Under the pieces are notes generated by a model, which had not been told where the DNA came from, ran no database searches, and saw nothing but the letters and a program-made list of their open reading frames with translations. A stretch of 64,000 nucleotides of DNA from Candidatus Firestoneibacteriota bacterium (GTDB lineage Bacteria; Oederibacteriota; D2-FULL-39-29; CAIOVX01). Within the stretch, counting starts at the first letter, position 1; every line of letters starts with the position of its first letter. The stretch lies in assembly GCA_903861835.1 (NCBI GenBank), contig CAIOVX010000091.1:47610-111609 (forward strand), written 5' to 3'. A program made the position numbers and the translations under genes. Below are positions 9,413 through 18,549 of the stretch, in pieces.

Positions 9413-10558
9413 TTACTCGTAGCGAAGGGCGTCAATCGGGTTCAGACCGGCAGCTCTGCTTGCAGGGTAAACACCAAAGAAAAGCCCTACAGTTACAGAG
9501 AATCCAAAGGAGAGTGCGACGGCACTGAAAGAAAGTTTTGGGGTTATATCCGGAAAAGTGGCAAACACCCTGATAATTATGACGCCAAATATAATACCAA
9601 GTATGCCCCCAACAATGCTGATAATGAAAGCTTCCGCAAGAAATTGTGAAAGAACATGAATTTTTTTTGCCCCTATCGCCCTCCTGACGCCTATTTCTCT
9701 CGTTCGTTCCGTCACTGACGCAAGCATAATATTCATAATTCCGAGTCCGCCAACAAGCAGCGAAATAAAACCAATTGCGCCCAGTATCATTGACCACATA
9801 TTAGTACTCTGCTGTATCTGCGCCATCTGCTCTTCCTTGGTATCAAACTTAAAGTCCTCTATATTGAAATGTTTCTTTAAAAGTATGTTGCGGACCTGCT
9901 GTATTGCGCCATCCATACGGTCCGTGTCTTTGACCTGGATATTAAGATAAGTTACCGAGTCATTGCCTGTGATACGATTCTGCATTGTTGTGATTGGGAT
10001 GAAAACCCAGTTATTTTTAAAATCTATCGCGTTTCTTTTGCCAAACCACATCTCATATTTTTTGAGCACGCCTACTACGAGAAAGTACTGCCCTTTGATG
10101 TAAATGTATTTGCCAAGTGGTTCCGCGTTCTTGAATAATTCGGAAACTACCCTGGGCCCGAGTACCGCGACTCTCGCGTTCCTGCGCAGGTCAAATCCGT
10201 TTACCCCCCTGCCGCGCGCCACCTCATATTTATTGATGGTGAAAAAATCTGGCGTGCCCCCGTAAACGCTGCATTTATACGCGCGCCTTTTATATTCCAG
10301 CCGAGTCCACAATTCAACCTCGGGAGAGACCACGGAAAGTGTATCGGCTTTTTCCTTGAGCGCTATGCCGTCTCCGGTAGTGCGCCCTTTTGAACGGTTC
10401 AGTTTGAGCCTGTCAGACTGGGGGACTTCCTGGTTAAGCACCGCTACCTTCTCCAGCCCCCCGACCTCTTTCATCCAGTTCATACTGCTCTGCTTGCCGC
10501 CGTCAACAATGGAAAAGAGACTGATAAGGGAACCCGTGCCCAGCACTATGCCAAGCAT
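9413..10558 (-). CDS. ABC transporter permease, MacB/FtsX family. The true N-terminus probably extends upstream to ~10639.
   Basis: FtsX-like 4-TM permease with a large periplasmic domain, ending in the C-terminal motif GLNPIDALRYE. The in-frame upstream sequence encodes the conserved cytoplasmic motif KLRSFLTMLG but has no ATG, GTG or TTG. Confidence 0.7.
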   Translation of the reverse strand: MLGIVLGTGSLISLFSIVDGGKQSSMNWMKEVGGLEKVAVLNQEVPQSDRLKLNRSKGRTTGDGIALKEKADTLSVVSPEVELWTRLEYKRRAYKCSVYGGTPDFFTINKYEVARGRGVNGFDLRRNARVAVLGPRVVSELFKNAEPLGKYIYIKGQYFLVVGVLKKYEMWFGKRNAIDFKNNWVFIPITTMQNRITGNDSVTYLNIQVKDTDRMDGAIQQVRNILLKKHFNIEDFKFDTKEEQMAQIQQSTNMWSMILGAIGFISLLVGGLGIMNIMLASVTERTREIGVRRAIGAKKIHVLSQFLAEAFIISIVGGILGIIFGVIIIRVFATFPDITPKLSFSAVALSFGFSVTVGLFFGVYPASRAAGLNPIDALRYE

Positions 10559-10635
10559 GGTGAGAAACGAACGGAGCTTGTGAGAGAAAAGCTCCTTCAG
10601 ACCGAGCTTGAGAACGGTAAAAGGAGAGATGAAGT

Positions 10636-11607
10636 TCAGAAACTCCTCCCGACATTGCCGCCCGGAATCCTTCTTACCTTGGAACGGTCGGTCACTTTCA
10701 GGGTTGTACCAAACCCAACGGGCTTAGAGACCGCGACTTTATCTTTCTCGGCGGCCCCTTCCAGTATTTCAATATTAGCGTCATCATAAAGTCCGGGCTT
10801 CACGCTCTTTCTTTCATACTGCTCAGGTCCCGTGCAAACATAGAGGACCTGTTCGTTTACGCCGGTCTCATCATCTTTCTCTTCAAAAACTGCCTCTATC
10901 GGAAGCACAAGTACATTCTTTCTCTCGTCAAGCTTAATCTCAACAACGGTCTTCATCCCGGGGCGAAGTTCCGGGACCTTGGTTATAACCTCAACTTCGG
11001 TATTGAACACATTTATCTTTCCGTCAGAACTCAGTTTTGCCATGGGAGAGATTCTGGTTACTTTGCCCTCTATCTGCTTGTCAGAAAAAGCTTCAACCCT
11101 TATCTTGGCGGCAAGCCCCACTTTTATTTTTCCGATATCGACTTCATTTATATCTACACGGACCAGCATCCTGCTCATATCCGCTATCGTCATCATAACT
11201 GAGCCGCCGGAGTATTCGGAAAGCCCTGAGGTTACCATATCTCCTTCCTCAACGGATTTATCTATTATCACGCCTGAAGCGGTTGCCCGCACTTCGGAGG
11301 ACTGATACTGCTCGGCTTCCCTGCCCGGCTGAATAACGGCGAGCAGCTGCCCTTTTTTCACGATATTCCCGTCATCCACAAGAAGCTTCTTAACAGTGCC
11401 TGTCACATTTGACTTAACCTTCACGGAACTTAAGGGTTCCAGTTTGCCGACCTCTGACAGTTTTTCTATTATGTCTCCGCGTTTGACTTCTTTGAGTTTT
11501 ATCTCAACCGGCGAGCTGCCTGACTGGGCCGGGTTTTTCTGCTGGCCGCAGCCGCCCGATAACAACGCCGCTGCGCAAACACAAATAAAAAGCTTCCTAA
11601 TATTCAT
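10636..11607 (-). CDS. Efflux transporter periplasmic adaptor subunit (HlyD/MacA family)
   Basis: Lipoprotein signal (LLSGGCG), biotinyl-lipoyl-like and beta-barrel segments. It is positioned between the TolC-like gene and the permease. Confidence 0.8.
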   Translation of the reverse strand: MNIRKLFICVCAAALLSGGCGQQKNPAQSGSSPVEIKLKEVKRGDIIEKLSEVGKLEPLSSVKVKSNVTGTVKKLLVDDGNIVKKGQLLAVIQPGREAEQYQSSEVRATASGVIIDKSVEEGDMVTSGLSEYSGGSVMMTIADMSRMLVRVDINEVDIGKIKVGLAAKIRVEAFSDKQIEGKVTRISPMAKLSSDGKINVFNTEVEVITKVPELRPGMKTVVEIKLDERKNVLVLPIEAVFEEKDDETGVNEQVLYVCTGPEQYERKSVKPGLYDDANIEILEGAAEKDKVAVSKPVGFGTTLKVTDRSKVRRIPGGNVGRSF

Positions 11608-11608
11608 T

Positions 11609-12925
11609 TTACTCCTCTTTGTAAAGCTTGGCTCCCATCGACCTCATAAGATCTGCGGTCTGGGATTTATAGTCATAGATGGACTGGTACCAATTTATCT
11701 GCGACGAACTGTAATTAACTTCCGCCCCGACTAATTCAAGGAAGGAAGCAGTCCCCTCCCTGTACTTGCTGCGGGTTATTTCCATACTCTCTTTTGAAAG
11801 AAGCACCTGCTGTTCATAAACCGGGACGCTCTTGAATATTCTTTCCAGGTCGTACCATTCAAGATACACTTCTTTGTTTATGAAGCGCTTCAGCGAAGCC
11901 GTTTGAATATCTATTACCTGCAGGTCAAGCTTCGCATTATCAGCTTTCAGGGAATTTACCCCGCCGTCAAAGAGAGGATAATTCAGCGAGAGAGTTAGCC
12001 CCCAGCCGGAATTCTGGTCAAGCGCCCCCTTATGCGTCCACAAACTGCTGTCTCTCGCGTATTTGTCAAGGTATAAACCGTAAGAAGCGTCAAGGCTCAC
12101 CGAAGGAAGCAAATTAATCTCCGCCAGTCCCAGGCTGACCGAACTTTCCTCTCTTTGCTTCGCGAGTATAAGCCAGTCCGGTCTGCCGTTGAAAGCAGAT
12201 GAAAGCGACTGATCAAGGCTCTTTTCATATTTGGCAAACTTCAAATCGTCTTCCGGAATAGTCTCCGCGCCCGGAGCCAAACCAAGCAGCTCGTTCAGCG
12301 CTGCTTTTGAGGAAAGCAAAGAGTTCTTCCCGCTGATAACCGCTATATTGCTGTTCGCGAGCTGAATCTGCGCGTCAAGGAAATAACTTTTTGATTTAAT
12401 CCCCGCCTGATACAGGCTTTCCGTCAACTTAAGGTTCTCTTGTCTCTGCTTTAGGAGGATTTCCGAAACCATCAGGGATTTTTGGGCCTTAAGCACTTCA
12501 TAGAATGTCTTGATGCAGTTCCACGCGGCATCCTGTTTAGCGCTGGTAAGTTTAAGCTCCGCCTCTTCCTGTTTTTTCATGTAATAGGAACGCCTGGCGG
12601 AATCCTTTCCCATATTGAACAGGTTATAGTTCGCCTGTAAAGCAGCCGTATAGTTGTCCGGATAGAAAGTGAAAAGATTTACCGGATTTCCGTTCACATC
12701 ATAGCCGGCGAGAGTATCATTGAAACTCAATTCGAGTGACGGATAGAATGGAGCACCGTTAATACCCGCGTCATTAACCGCTTTACGCGCTTCCTGCGCA
12801 GCCTGTGAAACAGCGGTCGAGGAGGTCAGGGATTTACCGATGCAATCCTTAAGAGAGATTATGCCGGCATTGGGATTGAGCGAGAGAAAAAACACTAAGA
12901 GAACCGCACAGGAGGCTGTTTTCAT
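11609..12925 (-). CDS. TolC-family outer-membrane efflux protein
   Basis: Signal peptide and two repeated alpha/beta-barrel halves with long coiled-coil helices. It is the first gene of the efflux operon. Confidence 0.8.
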   Translation of the reverse strand: MKTASCAVLLVFFLSLNPNAGIISLKDCIGKSLTSSTAVSQAAQEARKAVNDAGINGAPFYPSLELSFNDTLAGYDVNGNPVNLFTFYPDNYTAALQANYNLFNMGKDSARRSYYMKKQEEAELKLTSAKQDAAWNCIKTFYEVLKAQKSLMVSEILLKQRQENLKLTESLYQAGIKSKSYFLDAQIQLANSNIAVISGKNSLLSSKAALNELLGLAPGAETIPEDDLKFAKYEKSLDQSLSSAFNGRPDWLILAKQREESSVSLGLAEINLLPSVSLDASYGLYLDKYARDSSLWTHKGALDQNSGWGLTLSLNYPLFDGGVNSLKADNAKLDLQVIDIQTASLKRFINKEVYLEWYDLERIFKSVPVYEQQVLLSKESMEITRSKYREGTASFLELVGAEVNYSSSQINWYQSIYDYKSQTADLMRSMGAKLYKEE

Positions 12926-13017
12926 TGTTTTAATTTTACTATATAACGATAAGCAAGTCAACCACGCTAAAAGAAAAGGGACCCCAAAGGGCCCCTTTTA
13001 CCCTGTATTTATTACAC

Positions 13018-13929
13018 TTACCTGTAGAGTACTTTCGCGCACTCCACCGTATTCTTGATAAGCATCGTCACGGTCAAAGGACCGACGCCTCCGGGAACCG
13101 GAGAGATCATTCCGGCCACTTCTTTTGCTTTCTCGAACTCAACGTCGCCTACCGTCTTCATTCTGGGCTTGCCGGTCTTCTCGTCAATAAGTTGTTTCCC
13201 GTCCGGACCAATGTTAGGCACTCTGTTTATTCCGATGTCAATTACTATTGCGCCGGGCTTTATCCAGTCACCCTTGACCAACCCCGCCTTTCCGACCGCT
13301 ACAAATACTATGTCAGCCCTCCTCACATGCGAAGGAGTATCTTTTGTTGCTATGTGGCAGACCGTAGGTGTCGCAGATTCCGTCAGCGACTGCAGCATCA
13401 GGAGCAGAATCGGTTTGCCTACTATTTCAGAATGACCTACTATCACAACTTCCTTGCCCTTCAGTTCAACTCCGGTACTCTTCAAAAGCTCTACCGCGCC
13501 CATTGCCGTGCAAGGCGCAACTACCTGTTTCCCGAATACCAGCAACCCCATATTGTGAGGGTTTAGTCCTTCTACATCCTTCGAAGGAGATATCTTTACC
13601 TGGACATTCCGCGCGTTAATGCCCTGCGGAAGCGGCATCTGGAGTATTATTCCCGTTACCGACTTGTCCTTATTGAGTTCCTCTACAAATTTCAAAAGTT
13701 CCGGCTCGGTCGTTGCCGCGGAAAGTTCTTTCAGACTATAAATTAGCCCCATCTCTTCGCAGGCCTTCTTCTGCTGATTGGTATAAACCTTTGAAGAAGG
13801 ATTCTCGCCGACCTGTACGGCGACGAGCTGCAACGGGCTGCCTTTAGCCTTGAAAGCTTCTATTTCAGCTTTCAATCCTTCCTTGATCTTTTTCGCAACA
13901 GCTTCACCGTCTATTATTATTGCGGGCAT
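13018..13929 (-). CDS. folD: Bifunctional methylenetetrahydrofolate dehydrogenase / methenyl-THF cyclohydrolase
   Basis: MPAIIIDGEAVAKKIKEGLKAEI plus the YTNQQKKACEEMG motif. The start is refined to the ATG at 13929, which has a GAAAGGAGG RBS. Confidence 0.9.
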   Translation of the reverse strand: MPAIIIDGEAVAKKIKEGLKAEIEAFKAKGSPLQLVAVQVGENPSSKVYTNQQKKACEEMGLIYSLKELSAATTEPELLKFVEELNKDKSVTGIILQMPLPQGINARNVQVKISPSKDVEGLNPHNMGLLVFGKQVVAPCTAMGAVELLKSTGVELKGKEVVIVGHSEIVGKPILLLMLQSLTESATPTVCHIATKDTPSHVRRADIVFVAVGKAGLVKGDWIKPGAIVIDIGINRVPNIGPDGKQLIDEKTGKPRMKTVGDVEFEKAKEVAGMISPVPGGVGPLTVTMLIKNTVECAKVLYR

Positions 13930-14031
13930 TATTAGTCCTCCTTTCATCTTGTAATCCAGCTTGCTTAGGAACTCAGATATTATACTTTTTGAGGGCTGCC
14001 TATTCAACACCATTATTTACCGGAAAAACAA

Positions 14032-14060
14032 GGGAGCCCTGCAGAGCAGGGCTCCCTTTT
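14032..14060. terminator. Bidirectional rho-independent terminator downstream of rubrerythrin
   Basis: A perfect 11-bp stem (GGGAGCCCTGC / GCAGGGCTCCC) with a 3-nt loop and T-runs on both sides. Confidence 0.55.
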
Positions 14061-14087
14061 ACTCGTATTAGTTTAACGCTTCTTTAT

Positions 14088-14666
14088 TTACACGTAACAC
14101 TCACAAGAAACTTCGAAATAGGCTTTGGGGTGCAGGCAAGCGGGACACTGTTCCGGCGCGTTCTCGCCGGTATGGATATGACCGCACTTCTTGCACTTCC
14201 ACTGCACTTTGCCGCTTCTCTTGAAAACCTTTCCTTTCTCTACGTTCTCAAGGAGCGCCCTGTATCTCTTCTCGTGATGCGCTTCTACCGCCGCTATCAG
14301 TTTAAAGGCAGCCGCAACATCATTGAAACCTTCCTGCTCGGCTATCTTTGCCGCTTCGGGATAGATTACCTTGGTCTCTTCGTGCTCGCCTTCGGCCGAA
14401 GCCTTGAGGTTTTCCGCAGTGGTTCCGACTTTTCCGGCAGGAAACTTCGCCGTTATTTCAAGCGCGCCGCCTTCCAGAAAATTAAAGAACCTTTTCGCGT
14501 GCTCTTTTTCGTTCTCCGCGGTATCAAGGAAGATTTCGGATATCTGCTCGTAGCCTTCCTTTTTCGCTTTGGATGCGAAGAAGGTGTACCTGTTCCTTGC
14601 CTGTGACTCACCCGCAAATGAAGCCAGCAGGTTTTTCTCTGTTTTAGATCCTTTCAAGCTTGCCAT
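14088..14666 (-). CDS. rbr: Rubrerythrin
   Basis: Ferritin-like di-iron domain followed by a C-terminal rubredoxin-like CxxC...CxxC domain (WKCKKCGHIH...CPACLHPK). The start is the ATG at 14666, which has a GGAGGA RBS. Confidence 0.9.
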   Translation of the reverse strand: MASLKGSKTEKNLLASFAGESQARNRYTFFASKAKKEGYEQISEIFLDTAENEKEHAKRFFNFLEGGALEITAKFPAGKVGTTAENLKASAEGEHEETKVIYPEAAKIAEQEGFNDVAAAFKLIAAVEAHHEKRYRALLENVEKGKVFKRSGKVQWKCKKCGHIHTGENAPEQCPACLHPKAYFEVSCECYV

Positions 14667-14694
14667 TGTATCCTCCTTTTGAGATCTAATCGCT

Positions 14695-14722
14695 ATAATC
14701 TCTTTTCTAATCTGCGTAATTA
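14695..14722 (-). promoter_or_regulatory. GATTA-array motif (sense: AATTACGCAGATTAGAAAAGAGATTATAGCGATTAG) in the 59-nt dfx-rbr spacer
   Basis: Same core as the sites at 3422, 29070 and 54586. It directly abuts the rbr RBS. Confidence 0.5.
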
Positions 14723-14725
14723 TTT

Positions 14726-15103
14726 TTATGCTTTCCACAATCCGTGCAGTGTGCAATACTCTCTCGCGGAAACCGCGGAGGCTTTGACGCAGAATATCGC
14801 TTCAGGAGCCTGGCCGGGTTTAAGGAATTCCCTGTAGGCCTTGCCGTCGGCTATTAATTCTATCCACTGGATATAGTGCTTGTCTTCCATCGGATGAGCA
14901 ACGCTTCCGACCTTCACCTTGTAACCTTCTGCCGTTTTTTCAATGACCGGGATATGCTTCTCTTTCGCCGCTTCTACACTGTTTTCGACAAGCAGGTCCA
15001 TATTCTGGCCGCAGCATACAAGCGTGCCTCCCGCGCCGTTCACAACCTCAACGATATTGCCGCACAAACCACATTTATAGATCCCTAACTGTTTTGCCGC
15101 CAT
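14726..15103 (-). CDS. dfx: Desulfoferrodoxin (2Fe superoxide reductase)
   Basis: N-terminal desulforedoxin-like motif [11 protein letters not shown]...CCGQNM, plus the C-terminal SOR centre II domain. Confidence 0.85.
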   Translation of the reverse strand: MAAKQLGIYKCGLCGNIVEVVNGAGGTLVCCGQNMDLLVENSVEAAKEKHIPVIEKTAEGYKVKVGSVAHPMEDKHYIQWIELIADGKAYREFLKPGQAPEAIFCVKASAVSAREYCTLHGLWKA

Positions 15104-15160
15104 AATTTCCTCCTTTTAAACCTTCTCGCTGCTTGTTGATAATTGAAACTTTTCAGGGTT

Positions 15161-15724
15161 TTAGACGCCGAGTTTCTTCCCTATTCTATAGGCTTCGTCA
15201 AGACAGTCCTGCCTTCCAAGTATGGCCCCTTTTCCGTCAACTTTCTTGCAAAAAAGCTCTTCTGCGTATTCGGTATTTACTGTGGCAAAGAAGTTCTTTA
15301 CAACACCCTTAGCGTTAAGGAAAAATTCGTCTTTCTCGTTTCCCTGGGTAGATAAAAAAGCTCCTTTCTTCCGCATAAGTTGTTCCACGCTGTGGTGCAT
15401 ATACGTTCCCATCCAGTAGCACTGAAACCTGTCTATCATAGCTTTCGTCTGGGACGAAACACTTCCGAAAAATATCGGTGAAGCCACAATTATCACATCA
15501 GCAGCAAACACTTTTGGAAAGACGCTCTGCATATCATCTTCTATCTTGCAGTTCCCGTCAGTTCTCGCGTCAGGGCATTCCTGGCAGCCGCGGAAACTTA
15601 GTTTATTCAGAAAGAGCTTTTCCGTTTCTGCCCCGGCTGCCGCCGCCCCTTCTAACGCCTTTTCAAGCAGGAGATCGCAGTTTCCCTTAGGGCGCGGACT
15701 TCCGTTTATTCCGAGCACTTTCAC
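15161..15724 (-). CDS. Flavodoxin-like NAD(P)H-dependent FMN reductase / iron-sulfur flavoprotein-like protein
   Basis: GINGSPRPKGN flavodoxin-fold N-terminus, and a Cys cluster CQECx8C. I refined the start to the GTG at 15724 (MKVLGING), because the rubredoxin stop lies at 15726. Confidence 0.55.
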   Translation of the reverse strand: MKVLGINGSPRPKGNCDLLLEKALEGAAAAGAETEKLFLNKLSFRGCQECPDARTDGNCKIEDDMQSVFPKVFAADVIIVASPIFFGSVSSQTKAMIDRFQCYWMGTYMHHSVEQLMRKKGAFLSTQGNEKDEFFLNAKGVVKNFFATVNTEYAEELFCKKVDGKGAILGRQDCLDEAYRIGKKLGV

Positions 15725-15725
15725 C

Positions 15726-15884
15726 TTACGCCTTCTCAAACATATCTTTGCCTACCATACAGAGAGGGCAAACCCAATCATCCGGAAGATCCTCAAAAAC
15801 GGTTCCCGGAGCTGCCCAGTGTTCAGGATCTCCCTTAGCAGGATCATAAACATAGTCGCAAGCCGCGCATTTATACTTATCCAT
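15726..15884 (-). CDS. rub: Rubredoxin
   Basis: Not in the ORF track because it is only 52 aa. The translation is [52 protein letters not shown], with two CxxC pairs and the canonical rubredoxin signature. It has a GGAGG RBS. Confidence 0.85.
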   Translation of the reverse strand: MDKYKCAACDYVYDPAKGDPEHWAAPGTVFEDLPDDWVCPLCMVGKDMFEKA

Positions 15885-16395
15885 TATTTGCCTCCGGTCT
15901 CACATAAGTAGGCGCGCCCGCCGGAGACTTCCCTTTTTTCACCTGCCTGTAGTACTCATAGGTGAGCGGCTCTTTTGAAGCGTCTATTACTTCGTCATTT
16001 ACAACTTTGCCTATAAAAATGCTGTGAGTGCCTACATCCGTAACGCTCTGCACCTCGCACTCAAACCAGCCTACGGCCCAGTCAAGCGCAACCGGCGCGC
16101 CCGTCTTTCCAAATTTTGACTTTACCGTGGAGAATTTATCAATATCTCTGCCTGATTTAAAACCCCAGGTGCCTATAAAGGTCATAGGCGTGTCTTTGTC
16201 AAGGATGGAAACGGAAAATGCGTTGCTTGCCGCGATATAATCGCAGGTCAGGTTATTTTTATTTATGCACACCGCCACTGATTGCGGCTCTGAGGTCACC
16301 TGAAAAACAGTGTTCACTATCTGGCCGTTGGACTTCCCGTTATTCGTAGAAGCAACCAGGTAAACACCGTAATTTATTTTTTGAACAGCCTTCAT
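15877..16395 (-). CDS. Flavin reductase-like domain protein (NADH:rubredoxin/flavin oxidoreductase type)
   Basis: Flavin reductase fold ([14 protein letters not shown]...SILDKDT). Its stop overlaps the rubredoxin start in ATGGATAA, which fits the split form of a high-molecular-weight rubredoxin arrangement. The likely start is M19 (MKAVQKIN). Confidence 0.65.
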   Translation of the reverse strand: MKAVQKINYGVYLVASTNNGKSNGQIVNTVFQVTSEPQSVAVCINKNNLTCDYIAASNAFSVSILDKDTPMTFIGTWGFKSGRDIDKFSTVKSKFGKTGAPVALDWAVGWFECEVQSVTDVGTHSIFIGKVVNDEVIDASKEPLTYEYYRQVKKGKSPAGAPTYVRPEANNG

Positions 16396-16520
16396 GTTTC
16401 TGCTCTCCATCCCCCTCCCGGCCGCCTTTCCGTATTCCGCTGCCGACATGGAGCTTGCGCTGCATCAATATTTTAGGTTTTTTCCTGCCAGAGTAATATG
16501 TCATAAATCATATTGCTAAT

Positions 16521-17432
16521 TTATTGCTTCGCCGGCACCTTGTAATCTGCGATAAGGTCGCATTTGACGGAAAGCTCGCCTTCCGCCGTCTGGGTAGCCG
16601 TATAATCCTCAGTAAGACCGATTTCGTATTTCTTCTCGTCTATCGTGTATTTCTTGCCGGCCTCGGTTATCTTCCCCTTCACTTCCTTAACAGCTTCGGC
16701 TCGCGCGGACATTTTAAATTTATCGAGCGTTTCGTCCTTAAAGAAGAAGTTTATGAACTCGGACTGGGAAGCGTCCTCCGCCTTGTCTATTTTTAGTTTG
16801 GAAACCCCTTTTGAGAGTTGTATTTTGGACGAGGAACTATTGTTGGCGTCTGTAAGGATAGTGCTGCTCGCCACTTCCGAACCGTCGCTCTTATCTATCG
16901 CGGCGATGGCAGTAGCTCCGTAACTGACAGCCCTGTCAACTATCTCAAATATTTCGCCGATCTTCCTGTCTGACAGTCCGTTCATTATGACTGTTTTGCT
17001 GATCAGGTACTTGTATGCGGTTTGCGTTACCGGATTACCGTTTGAGTCTTTCACAACCAGCGAAGTGGGTGTGCCCAGCGTCTGCTGCTTCAGCTGCGCC
17101 GACGGCTGGAATATTTTAAAATCGTCCTTCTTCATGCGGTAAAGCGCCGAGAGCCGGCCAATGATAAAACTGATCTTGCCGTCCACATCCGCTTGCGCTG
17201 ACCGGAGCGAGGTCATTGAACCTGAGGAGACCGCGAGCTTTACATATACACCATCCGGCTTTCCGGTGGCTACTCCCGCCCCGCTGATCTTAAAGGCGGA
17301 GAGCGTGCCGTCGGCGCCCTTTTTTACATCTGCCATTGTCTCGTCTTCAGCCGTTTTGTTCAGGAAATCCTGCGCCCCTGCCGTAAAGACCGCTAAAAAC
17401 AATACTGACAGCACCAATAAAGCACGTTTCAT
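16521..17432 (-). CDS. Secreted SIMPL-domain (DUF541)-like protein
   Basis: Signal peptide. The motif ISGAGVATGKPDGVYVKLAV resembles the start of the SIMPL domain (VSGxGxVxxxPDxAxVxLGV). Confidence 0.4.
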   Translation of the reverse strand: MKRALLVLSVLFLAVFTAGAQDFLNKTAEDETMADVKKGADGTLSAFKISGAGVATGKPDGVYVKLAVSSGSMTSLRSAQADVDGKISFIIGRLSALYRMKKDDFKIFQPSAQLKQQTLGTPTSLVVKDSNGNPVTQTAYKYLISKTVIMNGLSDRKIGEIFEIVDRAVSYGATAIAAIDKSDGSEVASSTILTDANNSSSSKIQLSKGVSKLKIDKAEDASQSEFINFFFKDETLDKFKMSARAEAVKEVKGKITEAGKKYTIDEKKYEIGLTEDYTATQTAEGELSVKCDLIADYKVPAKQ

Positions 17433-17450
17433 TTTTGTCTCCGTGACGCC

Positions 17451-18527
17451 TCAGACGTTGAATCTGATTGAAAGTATGTCGCCGTCTTCAACTATATAGT
17501 CTTTCCCTTTAAGGTAGACCTTGCCGGTCTCATGCAGTTTCTTCTCGTCGCCTTCGGCCTCTGCCAAATCGCGATATTTCATCACCTCAGCCCTGATAAA
17601 ACCTTTCTCAAGGTCGGAGTGTATGGCTCCCGCCGCCTGAGGAGCCGAGGAGCCGCGGGGAATGGTCCACTGTTTCACTTCATCAGTGCCGACCCCGAAG
17701 AACGAAATCAAGTTCAGCGCCTCTATGCAGGTGCGTTTAAGCGTGTCAACCGCGGGTTCTTTTATGCCGAGTTCCGCGAGGAAGGTATTCCTGTCATCCG
17801 CGGATTCAAAAGCCGCTATCTCCGATTCTACCTTTACCGAGACCTGCATCCAGAAGATGCGCTGTTTTTCGTGTTCTTTTTTATAGGACTCAAGCTTCGA
17901 TGTATTCTTCAAATCCGCCTCCGAAACATTGAGGACCACTATAAGCTCTTTCAGCGTGAGCAGAGGATACGAAACCAGGTATTTCATATCCTCGGGCGTA
18001 AGCGTCAAAAGGCGCAGGGGCAGTTCGGCTTCAAGCTGGGCCTTCATCTTCGCGAGCACATCCCTCTCTTTCATCATCTTCTCTTCGCTCGTCCGTTTCA
18101 AGGTCTGGTTCAGGCGGTCAAGCCTCTTGTCAATAAAAGCCAGGTCATTGAAGATGAGCTCCGAATTGATCTCGTCTATGTCCCGCTTTGAGTCAACCGA
18201 CCCGTTTATGTGATAGACAGCTTCATCCTGAAAATCCCGGACAATGTGGCAGAGCACATCGGCTCCATCAAGCGCCTTCAGAACCTCTTCCTTCGCGAAC
18301 GAACCCTTTTCAAGTTTCGGGATAAACTCCACGTTTAGGCGCGCCCGCGCCTCGCTTTCCGGCTTATACAGTTCAACAAGCTTTTCGAATCTCGGATCTA
18401 TTATTTCCGCGAGCCCGGAAACCGGCTTGTTCGCGGCCAGTTCATTTTCCGTAAGCTTATGTTTCGTGATAAGTTCAAAGAGCGTCTTCTTGCCTGTCTG
18501 TGGCAGTCCAATTATTCCTATCTTCAT
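17451..18527 (-). CDS. ychF: Redox-regulated ribosome-binding ATPase YchF
   Basis: P-loop GLPQTGKKTLF, and a C-terminal TGS domain (KGFIRAEVMKY...YIVEDGDIL). Confidence 0.9.
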   Translation of the reverse strand: MKIGIIGLPQTGKKTLFELITKHKLTENELAANKPVSGLAEIIDPRFEKLVELYKPESEARARLNVEFIPKLEKGSFAKEEVLKALDGADVLCHIVRDFQDEAVYHINGSVDSKRDIDEINSELIFNDLAFIDKRLDRLNQTLKRTSEEKMMKERDVLAKMKAQLEAELPLRLLTLTPEDMKYLVSYPLLTLKELIVVLNVSEADLKNTSKLESYKKEHEKQRIFWMQVSVKVESEIAAFESADDRNTFLAELGIKEPAVDTLKRTCIEALNLISFFGVGTDEVKQWTIPRGSSAPQAAGAIHSDLEKGFIRAEVMKYRDLAEAEGDEKKLHETGKVYLKGKDYIVEDGDILSIRFNV

Positions 18528-18549
18528 TTCTCTCCTTTTGCGTTTCCCG

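Noticed and set aside
9432-9797. A 121-aa minus-strand ORF inside the MacB-like permease gene
   Set aside because: It is an alternative frame of a well-supported permease CDS. The Cys/Trp/Arg-rich sequence has no domain.
12962-13017. Putative terminator between folD and the TolC-like gene (aaaagggaccccaaagggcccctttt)
   Set aside because: The stem is imperfect (GGGACCCC against GGGGCCC) and the pairing is ambiguous. It is T-flanked on both sides but not convincing enough to annotate.
13055-13619. Three plus-strand ORFs antisense to folD
   Set aside because: They overlap a clearly conserved folD on the opposite strand and have no recognisable motifs.
17532-18213. A 219-aa plus-strand ORF antisense to ychF
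   Set aside because: ychF is strongly supported on the minus strand. The antisense product is Arg/Leu/Phe-rich low complexity.
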